64,000 nt of DNA from Hyaloraphidium curvatum SAG 235-1 (lineage: Eukaryota; Fungi; Monoblepharomycota), in the NCBI GenBank assembly GCA_025558095.1, contig JAIVFI010000041.1, positions 62,001 to 126,000 on the forward strand, written 5' to 3'. Position 1 is the stretch's first letter. Each line of letters starts with the position of its first letter. Below the pieces are notes generated by a model. The model searched no databases. It was not told the origin of the DNA and worked only from the letters and a program-made list of their open reading frames with translations. This document shows, piece by piece, positions 1 through 11,604 of this stretch. The position numbers were made by a program, and so were the translations under genes.

Positions 1-244
1 CGGCCAGCGCGTCCGCCGCGGGCTCGGCCGCGTCCTCGTCCTCCGCCGGCGCGTTGCCGATCAGCGCAAACTCGAGCAGCCCCATCGCGTCCTCCAGCTG
101 CTCGATCTCGAGACGGTGCGCCGCCGACAGCTGCTCGGCAGTCTGCGGCTCCCGCGATGGCGCGAGCGTCTCTGCCGGCGCCTGCGCGGTCTCGGCGAAC
201 TGGAAGAGCCGCAGCACGGCTGCCACCGGCTCCGAGCCGGTCAT
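1..244 (-). CDS. 5' part of a hypothetical protein, running off the window start
   Basis: Minus frame open from ATG 244 (MTGSEPVAAVLRLFQFAE...LEIEQLEDAMGLLEFAL) with GC3-rich codons; no recognisable motif. Confidence 0.4.
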   Translation of the reverse strand, partial: MTGSEPVAAVLRLFQFAETAQAPAETLAPSREPQTAEQLSAAHRLEIEQLEDAMGLLEFALIGNAPAEDEDAAEPAADALA

Positions 245-1613
245 GGCAGGCTGCAGCGAATGGAATACGCCCGGGGCACTCAGGGGGCTGGACGCGTTGA
301 AGCTCGATCTGTTTACGGTTGTTGGGGTCGGCGTTGCGACGATTCGCCCGGATGTGCCTCATTGATCCAACTCCAGTGATACGCTACAGGCATCGCGCAC
401 GTCAATTGCGTTCGACAAAGAGCGCTCCCGTCTCTGCAAACGTTCGCGCCGGAGCACGCGCCGGATACCGGAACGAGCCCTCCCCGCAGTGTCCTACATC
501 AGCCAGCTGTCGGCATTTCCGCCGATGAGCGCTGCGAGTCTCCCCGCCCTTGCGACCGCGACATCAGAGCTTGGCGGGCTTCTCTTTTTAGATGGTTCTT
601 TTCAGTGTGTGACGCCTCCAAGGTCGAAACGTCCGCTCCCGTTCCCTCGCTGGCGTTCTCTCCGATGCGGCCGATCATGAGTGTGCCCCGCAACAGCATG
701 AGCCGTCGGCGTCGTGGTACCGGGTGCTTTGCCGCCGTGTGCGAAGGATGATGAGGCCGGCCGATCTTGCGATGCCGGCCGCGGTGACGTTCCGAACATT
801 TTGTAGCACGCCGGCGCGGGTTTGATCGTCCCTGGAGCTCCCAATCTGGGAGTTCCGGGGCGGAAGAAACCCAGGGCGCTTGCCGAAAGATACAACGGAA
901 ATCGCAAAGGGAAAGACGCACAGCCCCGCGACCTTAACCCTCTTCATTCCAGCATGGACCGAAGACCATGCCAGGATGACGCCTCAGGCCGCGGCATAGC
1001 ACGTTCCCCCCGTGTAGAGTGGTTCAGCATCTCATTGGCCGAGATCCGCAGCTCGTTGATGCGTCGTTGACAATCGTACGTCGAGACGGGCGTGGCGACG
1101 CCCCACTGTTTCCCCGTCCACGTGCGACAGTGCAGGAACCAACCGGCCCAGTCCACGCTCATCCACCGACGGCTCTCACCATCGGCGCATGTCTGCAGTG
1201 GAGCTGGGCGGGTCCGCTCCGCCCACGGCGCCGCGACGGGGCGTTGTTGCACCGCCAGCTCAGCGCGCGGGCTTCCCATGTTCCAAGACCAGCCCTGCGG
1301 CGTTCCCGACAAGGCGTTGGACGCTGCCCCGAACGACGGCAAAAGTGCCATCGGTGGGCGGGTCCGCCGCTGCGCGCTGTGGAACGGGAGGAGGCCAGCC
1401 CGTCGAAAGGCGCCCAGCCGGGCACGTTTTGAGAGGCGCGACGCCGTTGCCGTTTGCTCCGCGCCGGGTGGCGTTCGAGCGCTCGGGTGAGGTCGTGCTG
1501 GCTGCGACGCGCGGTCTGGGTGATGAGCTGTTCGTCGGGACCACTGATGAGCTGTGTTCGTCGGACCATACTGCTAGGGAACAAGGACAGCGGATCGAAC
1601 CCAGTCCATTGAC

Positions 1614-3110
1614 CTACGACACCGTCGGACACACCACCTCCATGGTGAACCCTATCCCCGCGGCGCGCAGGATCGTCCACAGGCCCAGCGCGAGCGTCGC
1701 CGAGGTGACCACCAGCGTCCGCAGCGTCCCGTACCCGATCACGAACCCCGCCAGCCGCATCTTGGATCCCTGGACCCCCTGGAACGCGGCGATCACGCGG
1801 TCGTGCGCGAGCAGGCCTTCCACCGCCGCCGCGCGCAGGCCGTCCCCGTCCGCGCCCCGCAAGGGCATCGCGGCCACGACCAGCTCGCCGATCTCGCGGC
1901 GGGCCTCGGCGTACAACTTCGACAGGTCGTCCAGCTGCCCGTTCATGACCGACATGTTGACCAGATCGACCACGATCTGGTTGGCGCTGAAGACGGCGCC
2001 TCCGAGGGCGTAGACGGGGACGCAGGAGCCCGAGGCGATGTTGATCACGGCGTTGACGATGGTGCCGAGGACCGCGGTGGTGATGAACCCCGCCGTGGCG
2101 CCCAAGACGCGGTACCGCGTGGGCCAGCTCCGGGTGATGACGTCGTGCAGGATCTGGTACGGTTCGGTGCCATTCAGGTCCGCCGGGGAGGCGTCCTTCG
2201 GGGTCCCGAGCAGCGCGGTCCGGTACCGAAGCAGGAAGTTCGAAAGGGCAAGCCGCATCCCGCGGTCAATGAGCCTCCGCGAGAGGTTTAGGCTCGCAAC
2301 ATTGCCGGCGTAGCGGAGGAAGTTGTTGACCGGGTAGAAGGTGACGACCGAGATGATTTGCACCACCGTCAGCAGGATGCCCCACCAGGTCCCGATAAAC
2401 TGCGCCCCAAAGGTGACGAAGGAGGTGTACCCGAACAGAAAAGTCATGGTAGCCCCCAGAACGCTGCGCCAGACCACTTCGAGGAGGTGGAGCCGGGCTG
2501 CAGCTTGGGGAGCGCCGCCCGCGCAATCCGGCCGCGCGCAAGGGCAGAGGGGGTCGTCTTCGATGTGGCCGACGAGATTCGCGCCAGTGGCCTCCTTCTC
2601 CGCGACCCGGGACGCCTGGAGCCACCGCGCGATGGCCGCCGAGTAGTGCCAGCTCATCTCCCGACCGGCGGAGACGGCCGACGCGGCGCTGGCTATGACG
2701 TTCCGGAACGAGGCCCCGAAGAGGACAATGGTCGTGAAGCCGAGGGCAAGTACAACTTCGGCGATGAAACCCCCGACCAGCTGGCGCGTGCCGAACCGCC
2801 CGTCGTTGAAAACCAGAATGGTGGAGAAAGAAACGGCGATCGAACTTCCGTGGAGCAGAAAGTGCCGGAACACGAGCCACGGCGCCAGAGGCACTGTAGC
2901 GGCCTGCAGCCGCAACAGGTTCCGAAGCAGCGGAAGCCCCGCCAGCTCGCGCATAAGCGCAGCTCGGGTGAGCGGCCGTTCATCGCGCAGACCGCCCGTC
3001 GGGTCGGCTGCAGGCGGCGCCCCTGACAGCTCCGTTCGGGGGGGGGTGTCGAAGGCGCGAGGGCAAGCCATTCCTCGCGCGAGCATCGGGTTGATAGACT
3101 GGGGAGACAA
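1614..3110 (-). CDS. Multi-pass (~7 TM) membrane protein, possibly 7TM ion channel (GR/DUF3537)-like
   Basis: 498-aa intronless ORF with seven hydrophobic segments; C-terminal RLAGFVIGYGTLRTLVVTSATLALGLWTIL; exact start uncertain. Confidence 0.65.
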   Translation of the reverse strand: MSPQSINPMLARGMACPRAFDTPPRTELSGAPPAADPTGGLRDERPLTRAALMRELAGLPLLRNLLRLQAATVPLAPWLVFRHFLLHGSSIAVSFSTILVFNDGRFGTRQLVGGFIAEVVLALGFTTIVLFGASFRNVIASAASAVSAGREMSWHYSAAIARWLQASRVAEKEATGANLVGHIEDDPLCPCARPDCAGGAPQAAARLHLLEVVWRSVLGATMTFLFGYTSFVTFGAQFIGTWWGILLTVVQIISVVTFYPVNNFLRYAGNVASLNLSRRLIDRGMRLALSNFLLRYRTALLGTPKDASPADLNGTEPYQILHDVITRSWPTRYRVLGATAGFITTAVLGTIVNAVINIASGSCVPVYALGGAVFSANQIVVDLVNMSVMNGQLDDLSKLYAEARREIGELVVAAMPLRGADGDGLRAAAVEGLLAHDRVIAAFQGVQGSKMRLAGFVIGYGTLRTLVVTSATLALGLWTILRAAGIGFTMEVVCPTVS

Positions 3111-3329
3111 AGGCTTGGGTTGACGCGCCGCAGCCCATGGCCCCGACCCCGCCTACGCACGGCGAGGAAAGGCTGGATCTTTCTGAGTCGTTGGACTTGC
3201 GTAGATGGATGGATGAGCAGTGAGTAAGCTCGGGATGATGCTTCCAAGGCGGCGCTAAGGACTCGGCTCCTCCGCTAGCTTGGGCCTGCGACGCGAGCCC
3301 GCGACGCCACCTTTGTTTATTTACGCCAG

Positions 3330-5763
3330 ATGGCGTCCCGGACCCTCCTCCACGCCGGGGCGGCGACGGGGCGGCTCCTGCCCCGCCATGCGCGGGATTT
3401 TGCCACGATGGGCGCGCTCTGCGGGCCGCGGACGCCGGCGACGATGGGGCCGAGAGGGACAGCCGACGCCGCCCGCCTTTTCCGGCGCGCGCCGCCCTCC
3501 CGGCGCGGATCCGCCCCTCTGCTGGAAGCCGCGCGATCCGACCGCGCGTCCGACGTGTTTACGCAGCTCTCCGCCGCGGCCGACCCGAACGCGCGGCGCA
3601 AACGGCGAACGGCCGCTGCACGCCGCCGCCGCCGCGGGCGCGCTGGCGTCTCTGCGGGCGCTGCTCGCCGACCCGCGGACGAATGCGCTGGAAAAGGACG
3701 CCGCCGGCCGCACGCCGCTGCACACCGCGTGTCTGCACGGCAGGGCGGAGGCCGCGGCGGCCCTGCTGGCCGACCGCCGCGCCAGAGCCGCCCTGTCGGT
3801 GGCCGACAGGGGCGGCCGCACGCCGCTGCTGGTGGCCTGCGCCGAGAACAGGCTCGAGGTCGTGGAGGCGCTGCTCGCCTCGGGGCTCGAGGTCGACTGG
3901 AACGCCCGCGACAGGGCCGGACGCGGCGCCCTCGAACTGGCCGGGGACACGATGAAGGTCTTCCTCCGCGGAGCCATGGCCGCGGGGCGCCGGGCCGCCG
4001 GGCAGCGACTGCCCGCCCCTCCGGCGCCGGAGGCTGTCGGCAACGCGCCGGAGGACGCCGATGCTGCAGTTCCGGAGAGCGCGGGAAAGCGGAGGAGGGA
4101 AACGAGTGCTGACGCATCCGACCGGCCGGTCCGGCAAACAGATTCGGCGGCACGCCGCCGCGATTCCAAGCCGTCATCGGTTGCCGGACCGCCGCGTGCG
4201 GCACCTCTTGCCCCGATCGACCTGCGGCGGGGCCATCATGAAGTGGGACACGTTTCGGGGGACATTGCGCCTTTGGAAATGCGGGCGTCCGTCGCCGCCG
4301 GGGCTGCGAGCCCGACGCCCGACCTGCTTGACTTACCGTTGGGCAGACCCTACCAGCTTCCTGCTTCCTTTTTCTGGCTGGCAGAGGACTGGGCGGCGAC
4401 CGGGAAGACCACAGAGGGGCCAGCGCAGGATGACTCCTCCGACTCTCCGGCACCCGAAGCCACATCGAAGCCGGCGGGCTCGCCGAACCCGCTGCCCCCT
4501 GGCGCGACGCCTGCGGACGTCCGTACCTTCCTGGCCTCGGACCCGCCCCAGATCGACGTGGACCGGGCGCTCCTCCACGCCGTCCTCCGCGACGACGCCG
4601 CCGTGGCCCTGGCCCTCCTGGCCTCGCCTCGGGCGAATCCTGGCCTGCGGATCGCCGACAGGACCACCCTGCTCATGGTCGCGGCCGCCTGCACCACCGA
4701 TCCGGCCGTCGTGCTCGCCTTGCTCGCGGACCGGCGGACGGATCCCGCCGCAAAGGACTACAGGGGCGGCACTGCGCTTCACCACGCCGCCGGCTCCTCG
4801 TTTCGTAGCAGGGAAGTGCTCCGCGCCCTTCTGCACGACCCCCGCTTGGACACGGACGCCGTCATGAAGGGCGACACCCCCTTCCTGCGGCTTCTCCGCG
4901 TCGGCCAGCTGGCCGACGCGCGGCTCTTCTTGGATCCCGCCGTCGCCGTGCGCACGGACCTCGGCCACCGCCATGCGATAACCGCACGCGGGCCCGGTGC
5001 GGTCCTCCGCTTTCGTCTGAACCACAAGCCCCGCAGCCCGACGGTCGTCCACGCGGTGGAGCTCTTGCGCGCCGACATCGTGGCCGCCGCTGCCAACACG
5101 CCGCACGCGCGCCTCGTCGAAGCCTGCATGGACGGCGACTCGGCCGCCGCCGCCTTCCTCCTGGACGCCGGCACCTCCCCCGACCGCGCCGCCACGGTGC
5201 GCGACCACCGGCTGGCCGTCACCCCCCTCGACGCCGCCATCGCCCGCGGCGACCGCGACCTCGCCGCCCTCCTCCTCGACGGCGGCGCGGACCCGAACCA
5301 CCCCTCGCGGGGCCGCACCCCGCTCGAGCACTGCGTGCGCGGAGGCCGCTTCGACATCTTCCTCGCCCTCCTCGCGCACCCCGCCGTGGATCCCAACAGG
5401 ATCGGCGCCGGCGCCGGCGACAGGATGCCTCTCGTGCACCGCATCGCCGCGCTGCGGGGCAAACCGTGGGACCCCCCGCAGCACGCGTGGCTGCGGGCCT
5501 TGCTGGCCCACCCCCGAACGGATCCGGAGCTGAGGAACGCGGCGGGGGAGACGGCGCTCCATGCGGCGTGCAGGACGGGGCACGGCGAGGCGGCGGAGAT
5601 GCTGCTGGCGGATGCGAGGGTGGATGCGGGGGCGAGGGACGCGGAGGGGAGGAGGGCGGGGGAGCTGTGGGCCTTGGGGGGTAAGAAGAAGACAAAGGAA
5701 CAGGCGGACGGGGAGGAAGGAGACACTGAGGTGGTGCGGCCACCGGCCGTTTCGATGACTTAG
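3330..5763 (+). CDS. Ankyrin-repeat protein with an apparent frameshift near 3593
   Basis: Repeated G-x-T-P/A-L-H-x-A motifs (GRTPLHTAC, GGTALHHAA, GETALHAAC); the first repeat (PLLEAARS...DPNAR) lies in the ATG-3330 frame and the rest in the 3280-5763 frame. Confidence 0.85.
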
Positions 5764-7203
5764 GCGAATGCATGGGACGAAAGGAATCTACCCAATTGGA
5801 TGGAAGCGAAAGCCGGCGGAACTCGCACTGACACGAGATCAGCAGCTTTCGGCTGGTTGGAGGCTCCCCAGCACGGAATCCGACTGGACCACCATTAAGT
5901 CGTTGCGTCTGATCTGCCGTTCCTCATGTCGGATGGATCGACACGACGCCTTGCAGGATGCAAGGACGTAAGATTGGTGCACATATTGCTGCCGCTCAAT
6001 GGCGCTATTCCTAATACTAGCTCGGCTCCAAAGCTAGCTGAGAGAAAACGTCTGTTACGCAAACGGCCTGGCGGCAGATCTCGATGCCGTATTTGCAAGG
6101 CGCCATGGGCGGTGTATCCCGCTCCCGTGTTCTTTTGGCGGCGTTCGGGGCCGTTGGTGCGCGGGGGAGGGTGGAAGTTGGCGGAGTGGGTTTTCCGCGC
6201 GGTTCGATGACGGCAAGCAGGGGGATGAGAGACTCGCCCCCGATTGGAACGCATCCGAGTGCGCTCCGAAACGGGAGGTAGGGAGCGGGGCACGGAACTG
6301 CCTATGTGGCGGGGCAGTGCGAGAAAGCGTAGCGGGCGACATTTCTTCGGGGAGACAACTCGACGCATTCCAGTCGACCGAGGTCAAGCATGCTCCCGAT
6401 CGAAAGAATAGACGATTTTATAGCGAACGGGAGGTAATTTGCCCCCCTGACCTCTCACAGTGCGCGGGGAAGCCCCGCAACTGTCCGCGTCCGACGACGC
6501 TACATCTTGGGCCCTACCGTGGGTCGACTTCGAAGTCATCAAACGGCGTCCGTCTACCGGTGGATCATGAATATCAAGCGATGAAATGGCGAACGGGAAG
6601 AGATGGCACTGGTTAGGCTTGCGTCTGGAAGGAGGGAAGCGTTCGACGGTTCCAGGTATAGAACTCTGCCCCCGCAACACGCAATGGTTATGGGACCGGA
6701 TCGGCATACATGATTCGCAGAGATGATTGAAATGTTGCAATCGGGAGGTAGTTCCGACCCGTGAAGGTCTGGCTCAGTCAGCAAGAGGGCGAACGTGAGA
6801 ACGTTGCTTTCTGCGAGGCACAAGCGCGCAGCTCCAGCAAACCGGCCACAGCTAGCATCTACGGTTCCTCTTCTATCCTCTCAGGTTCTTTGTAGCAGCT
6901 GCGGCGTGTGTTCCAACTATCGTCATCCCATGGGAGCGGGCGCGAAGCGCAGCCAGCCCTTTCCCGTGCATCAATTCAGATGCCTGTTGGCCTGCGAAGC
7001 CGTCCGCGTTCCGCGGAGGCACGTGCCAATCCACCCCCTGTTGGTGCCAAATTCATTCTGCTGATCTGATTCGGCACATTCTTACCAACACGGCGGGGTC
7101 CGAGCCTGCACGCGCGTGCGCGCAGCGCGCTCCCTGACTTGTCAGTTGTGACCATTCTTGGCCATTGTCGATTCCATTTCCGGGTTTGCACAAACGCGTC
7201 TGT

Positions 7204-8331
7204 ATGTCTTCAAACGCGTCACCTTCGCTCTCCGCCGTCCGCTGCCTTGTCGCGGAGCGCCACGGCCTCCCGCTCGCGACACTTCCGGAGGAGGCCTTCG
7301 AGCTTCTCGGCGGCGGCTATTCGAATCTCGTCTGGCGCGTCCGCTTGCCATCTGGGACGGTGATCGTCAAGCAGTCGCCACCGCAATTGGCTTCGGACCC
7401 GGGATTCGCCTTGCCAGCGTCCCGCGGAGTTGCGGAGCACGCAGCTCAGGTCGCCGTCACACGCTGGCTCGACGCGCAGCCAGCCCCTGGCCCAGCTTGG
7501 CGCGTCCCACGGCCTCTGTGGTGTGCTCCTGAAAAGGATGCGTTTGCGATGGAGGATGTGCTGGAGACGGATCGCGCGGCCGAGACCGTGCTGGACGTTC
7601 TTCGGGCTGGGCAAGATGGGGTTCCGCTGGCGCCGGCTGTTGCAGATGCGCTCGGAGATGCTCTTGCGGGGTTCGTGAGAGATCTGCCGCGGGCTTTATC
7701 GTCAACGGATGGCCTCGGTCTGCCTCATTGGTACTGCAACGGCGAAATGGACGAGTTGATGGCGTCCCTCCGGACACCGGCGAGCATTGCTGCGCGGTTG
7801 ACAACGCAGGGCGTTGCGGAAGGAATTGCTGAGCACTGGGCATTGCGGGCGGCCGAGGCCTTCTCCCGGTCGGCCGAGCGGACATCGCTTGCGTTTGGGG
7901 ACTTTTGGCCCAACTCGGTCTTCGTCGGCGGAGGATCGAACGCGCTGCTGTCGGGCCGTGATAGGGTGCAAATTACCGTATTTGACTGGGAGTGCCATAA
8001 ACGTGGACACCCTGCCGAGGACGTGGCTCAGTTCCTCGCCAACCTCTACCTCATGCGATCGTCTTCGCAGAAGCTCTTCGACAAGACTGCAGTGGACCGA
8101 GTTGCTCGCGCACTCGTACTTGGGCTTTCAAGGATGCGTGCAAGCGGTGATTGTGGAGATGGGGAGAATGGCTTTGATACGCCGGCGATGATCGTCTTCC
8201 ATGTTGCGACCCTGATAATCTACCCTCACTGGGGGATAGCGGGAGGCAAAGAGGCGCAGTCTGTCGTCGCTTCTGCCCTCAGGAACGCCGAGACGTGGGC
8301 GCGAGAGGGGCATGTTGTTGAGGATCGCTAG
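7204..8331 (+). CDS. APH/choline-kinase-like phosphotransferase (methylthioribose-kinase-like)
   Basis: GGGYSNLVWRV glycine loop, IVKQS lysine, FGDFWPNSV, VFDWE, GHPAEDVAQFLANL; intronless. Confidence 0.8.
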   Translation: MSSNASPSLSAVRCLVAERHGLPLATLPEEAFELLGGGYSNLVWRVRLPSGTVIVKQSPPQLASDPGFALPASRGVAEHAAQVAVTRWLDAQPAPGPAWRVPRPLWCAPEKDAFAMEDVLETDRAAETVLDVLRAGQDGVPLAPAVADALGDALAGFVRDLPRALSSTDGLGLPHWYCNGEMDELMASLRTPASIAARLTTQGVAEGIAEHWALRAAEAFSRSAERTSLAFGDFWPNSVFVGGGSNALLSGRDRVQITVFDWECHKRGHPAEDVAQFLANLYLMRSSSQKLFDKTAVDRVARALVLGLSRMRASGDCGDGENGFDTPAMIVFHVATLIIYPHWGIAGGKEAQSVVASALRNAETWAREGHVVEDR

Positions 8332-8737
8332 AGCCGAATAGAACACTGCTCTATTTCCGGGAGGCACAAGGAATCGGAACCCGACAGAACCGTAGATCAT
8401 CCGCTCCCTCACAAAGATTCGTTGAGCAGACAATGCTCTACGACCCGGGAATCCGGCTTCGGAGTTCTGCGGGGGATTCCGCGAGAGGAGAGGGTTAGGT
8501 CGCCTTGCCATTATACCAATGTAGACACTGCATCCATGGCGGCGATCGGGAGCGGGAGCGGGACAGTAGATAGATTAGATGATCTTTGGATGATCTCTAG
8601 CATATCCATTTGCTTCGGGAGGCAGCGGCTTGTAGTCCGACAAGAGACTGGTCTGCGGGGAAAGTGATCGGGCGGAGCAGGGTCTCCTTCCGAGCCGCAG
8701 CCGCCGCGGTTACAACCCTGGTCCCCGGACCCCTCCG

Positions 8738-9799
8738 ATGGCGTCCGCGGCATACTCCGAGCTGCAGGTCGACGCCGATGCGCCTAAGCGGCCGCCACCC
8801 TGGCACGCGGGGCTGCTCGCGCGGCTGAACACGAAGGCCGCCGCGGCCGCCATCGGCGCAGTGGTCATCATCGGCGCGATGTACGCGACCGCCGCGCCAT
8901 CGCGCGACGCCCTCACGGCCCCGATGTCTGCGGCGACCGCCACGGGCGCCCCCGGCCCGCCCGGCCCGCCCGGCCCCGGCTCCGAACTCGCCTTCCTCTG
9001 CCGCGGCGTTCCCCCGCCCGCGCCGAAGGAGGGAGCGAACTCGTCGGCCCGGCCGGACCTGCAGCAGGGGTTCGAGACAATCTACTCGGATAAGCAGTGG
9101 GACGGCGGCGCGGGTGGCGGGTCTGGCGCGGGCTCGGAAATCGGCTTCACCCAGTTTACCAGGCTCTTGATCGAGTCCTTCATCTACAAGCATCATGTAC
9201 GAAGGTTTCTTGACGCTCCCTGCGGTGCGAGCTACTGGTGGCCGCCGCTGCTGCCCCAAATTCGCTCGGCAATCCCGTGTTTCGAGTACAGAGGCATGGA
9301 CATCGTGCGGGAGGTCGTCAAGAACAACTCGCGGCGCTACGAGGACGATCCGCTTACAAGCTTTGCCGTAATGGACGTCACCGTCGGGCCGCTGCCGAGG
9401 GGCTACGACGTGATCCTGAGCCGGGACGCGATGCAGCATCTCCCCGTGTCGGCCGTGATCAACGCCATCGAGCAGTACAGCAAGGCGGAGCCGCGGTACC
9501 TGCTTATCGGATCGTATTTGAAGTCGGGGAGCAACTACCACTTCGAGTGAGTGCTGTCGAGCTTACTGAGCCCGTCCTCGCGCTCAATGACGCACAGGGA
9601 GGGAGTCTTTATGCCTGGATGGCCTATTAACGTGATGCTGCCGCCCTTCCTCATGGCGGAGCCGATCGAGATCCTCGACGAGCGGAACGGCGGCAAGTAC
9701 CTGCTCGCGTACACCGGGGAGCAGCTCAAGAAGCTGGACTTTGCCAAGATCCGGAACGAATGGAACAAGATGAAGCACTCAGGAAGGCGGAAAGCATAG
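8738..9799 (+). CDS. Class I SAM-dependent methyltransferase with an N-terminal membrane anchor (1 intron, ~9548-9598)
   Basis: FETIYSDKQW..GSGAGS, FLDAPCG (motif I), YRGMDIV, YDVILSRDAMQHL; GTGAGT donor and CAG acceptor join the two ORFs. Confidence 0.8.
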
Positions 9800-10069
9800 C
9801 TGGAAGCTGGCGGCTCTGGATCCGGGATGATCGCGGCGCGAAGGTTGTGGCTGGCAGCTGGGGCATCTGGATTGGGGATGATAGGCACCCTCTATCCCAC
9901 ACGTCATGTATCGAGTTGTTTCCATCATACTTGGTCAACGATCAGGCGTCCGATGTTACCCAAGGTCTGATCGGGGCGAGGTGATGACGGTGCAGGGGAC
10001 ACTCGGCGTCAACTGCCTCTCCTCCCCGTCTCCTCCGCGCTTTTTCCACCTTCTTGGTCCACGGCCGCG

Positions 10070-11394
10070 ATGGCGACCCCGATTCACGATTTCGACGCGC
10101 CCGTCACCTTCGGCCCGGATTCGGCGAAGCACACCAAGTTCGCCGCGGGCGTGATCCCGATGTGGGTCGCGGACACGGATTTCAGGGCCGCGGTCCCCAT
10201 CATCGATGCTCTCCGTGCTCGTGCCGAGACCGGCGTGTTCGGCTACGTTTCCGCCGATTACGTCGAGGCGGAACGCGCAGTGGCCCACTGGATGAAGACT
10301 CGCTTCGGATGGACTTCGGTCGACCCGTCCATGGTCATACACGCTCAGGCCGTGGTTCCGGCGCTGGTCAACGCGATCCAGGCCTTTACGGAGCCCGGAG
10401 ACCAGGTTCTGATCCACGTGCCCATTTACATGTGAGCAAGTCCACCGTTTCGCGGTCCGGCGACAAGATTCTGATCCGCTTGCCTCGTCTAGGCCGTTCA
10501 ACACCATCATTCAGGGTTGCGGACGCGTCAAAGTGACCTCGCGCATGGTCCTGAACGAGAAGGAGAACCGATATGTCGTCGACTGGCCGGATTTCGAGGC
10601 CAAGTGCTCGGATCCGGCGACGAAGCTCTTCATCCTCTGCAATCCCCAGAATCCTCTTGGCCGCGCCTTTTCCGCCGACGAACTCCGCCGCATGTCGGAG
10701 ATCTGCCTCAGGAACGGGGTCATGGTGCTCTCGGACGAGATCCATTGCGACCTGGTCTTCAAGAGCAGCCCGAACCGGCATCTGCCCCTTCCGATGGTGT
10801 CGCCAGAGATTGCGCAGCGCTGTATCGTCTTCATCAACCCCTCCAAAGTGAGCTGCGAGACATCCGCGCTCGCCACTGCCGTTGCTGACTCCTCGTGCGT
10901 GTCAGACGTTCAACGTGCCTGGCCTCCGCTGTGCAATGGCGATCGTCCCGAATCCGGAGCTGCGCGAGCGGTACAAGGCCCTCATCCTGGCCAACAAGTC
11001 GCTGGGTTCCAACATCTTTGGTTCCGTGGCCCTCGTGGCGGCATACACCCGGTCGGCATACTTTGCCGACCAGCTGATGGACTACTTGCAAAACAACTTG
11101 GAATTGACCCTCGCCTTCTTTGCCGAGCGAATCCCGCGGATCAGGATCGTGAGGCCCGAGGCAACCTACCTGCTCTGGCTGGACTGCCGCGGCCTGGGCA
11201 TGTCGCCCGACGAGCTCGCGGCCTTCTTCATCGAAAAGGCGAGGGTGGGAATGAACGAGGGCCCCACCTTCGGGGAGGGAGGGGATGGATTCATGCGGCT
11301 GAACATTGCCACGAGGAGGTCGGTGCTCGAGGAGGGCTTGAGGAGGATCGAGGCGGCGGTGAACGGGCTAGATACGGCGGGGTCCAAGCTCTAG
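10070..11394 (+). CDS. patB: MalY/PatB-family PLP-dependent C-S lyase (introns 10432-10492 and 10848-10905)
   Basis: IPMWVADTDF, GVFGY, ILCNPQNPLGR, SDEIHCDL, PSK|TFNVPGL (PLP lysine), EATYLLWLDC, FMRLNIAT. Confidence 0.9.
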
Positions 11395-11604
11395 ACGGCG
11401 CCGGATGTGGATGGACCTCCTGCCATTCCCGAAGCAGGGTGATTGTGTTTTCTGACCGCGGTCCTTTGTGTCGTGATGGCGACATCCAGATCGCGAGCCG
11501 GGTCGGTTGAATTCGGCTGCGGTGATCCGCTTGATCACCCCCAAACTCCGTGCCGACGCCGCGCCTGTTGCCCCACGACTAGCAGACTTTAGTCGCCCAA
11601 CAAA

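Noticed and set aside
1520-1570. Box C/D snoRNA or hammerhead (TGATGA twice)
   Set aside because: Explained by an imperfect ~24-bp tandem duplication; no GAAA core or properly spaced D box
5770-7150. Gene or ncRNA in the 1.4 kb gap
   Set aside because: No coherent exon chain, motif or RNA signature could be supported
8945-8980. Collagen domain (GAPGPPGPPGPG)
   Set aside because: Only about four triplets; a linker after the TM anchor
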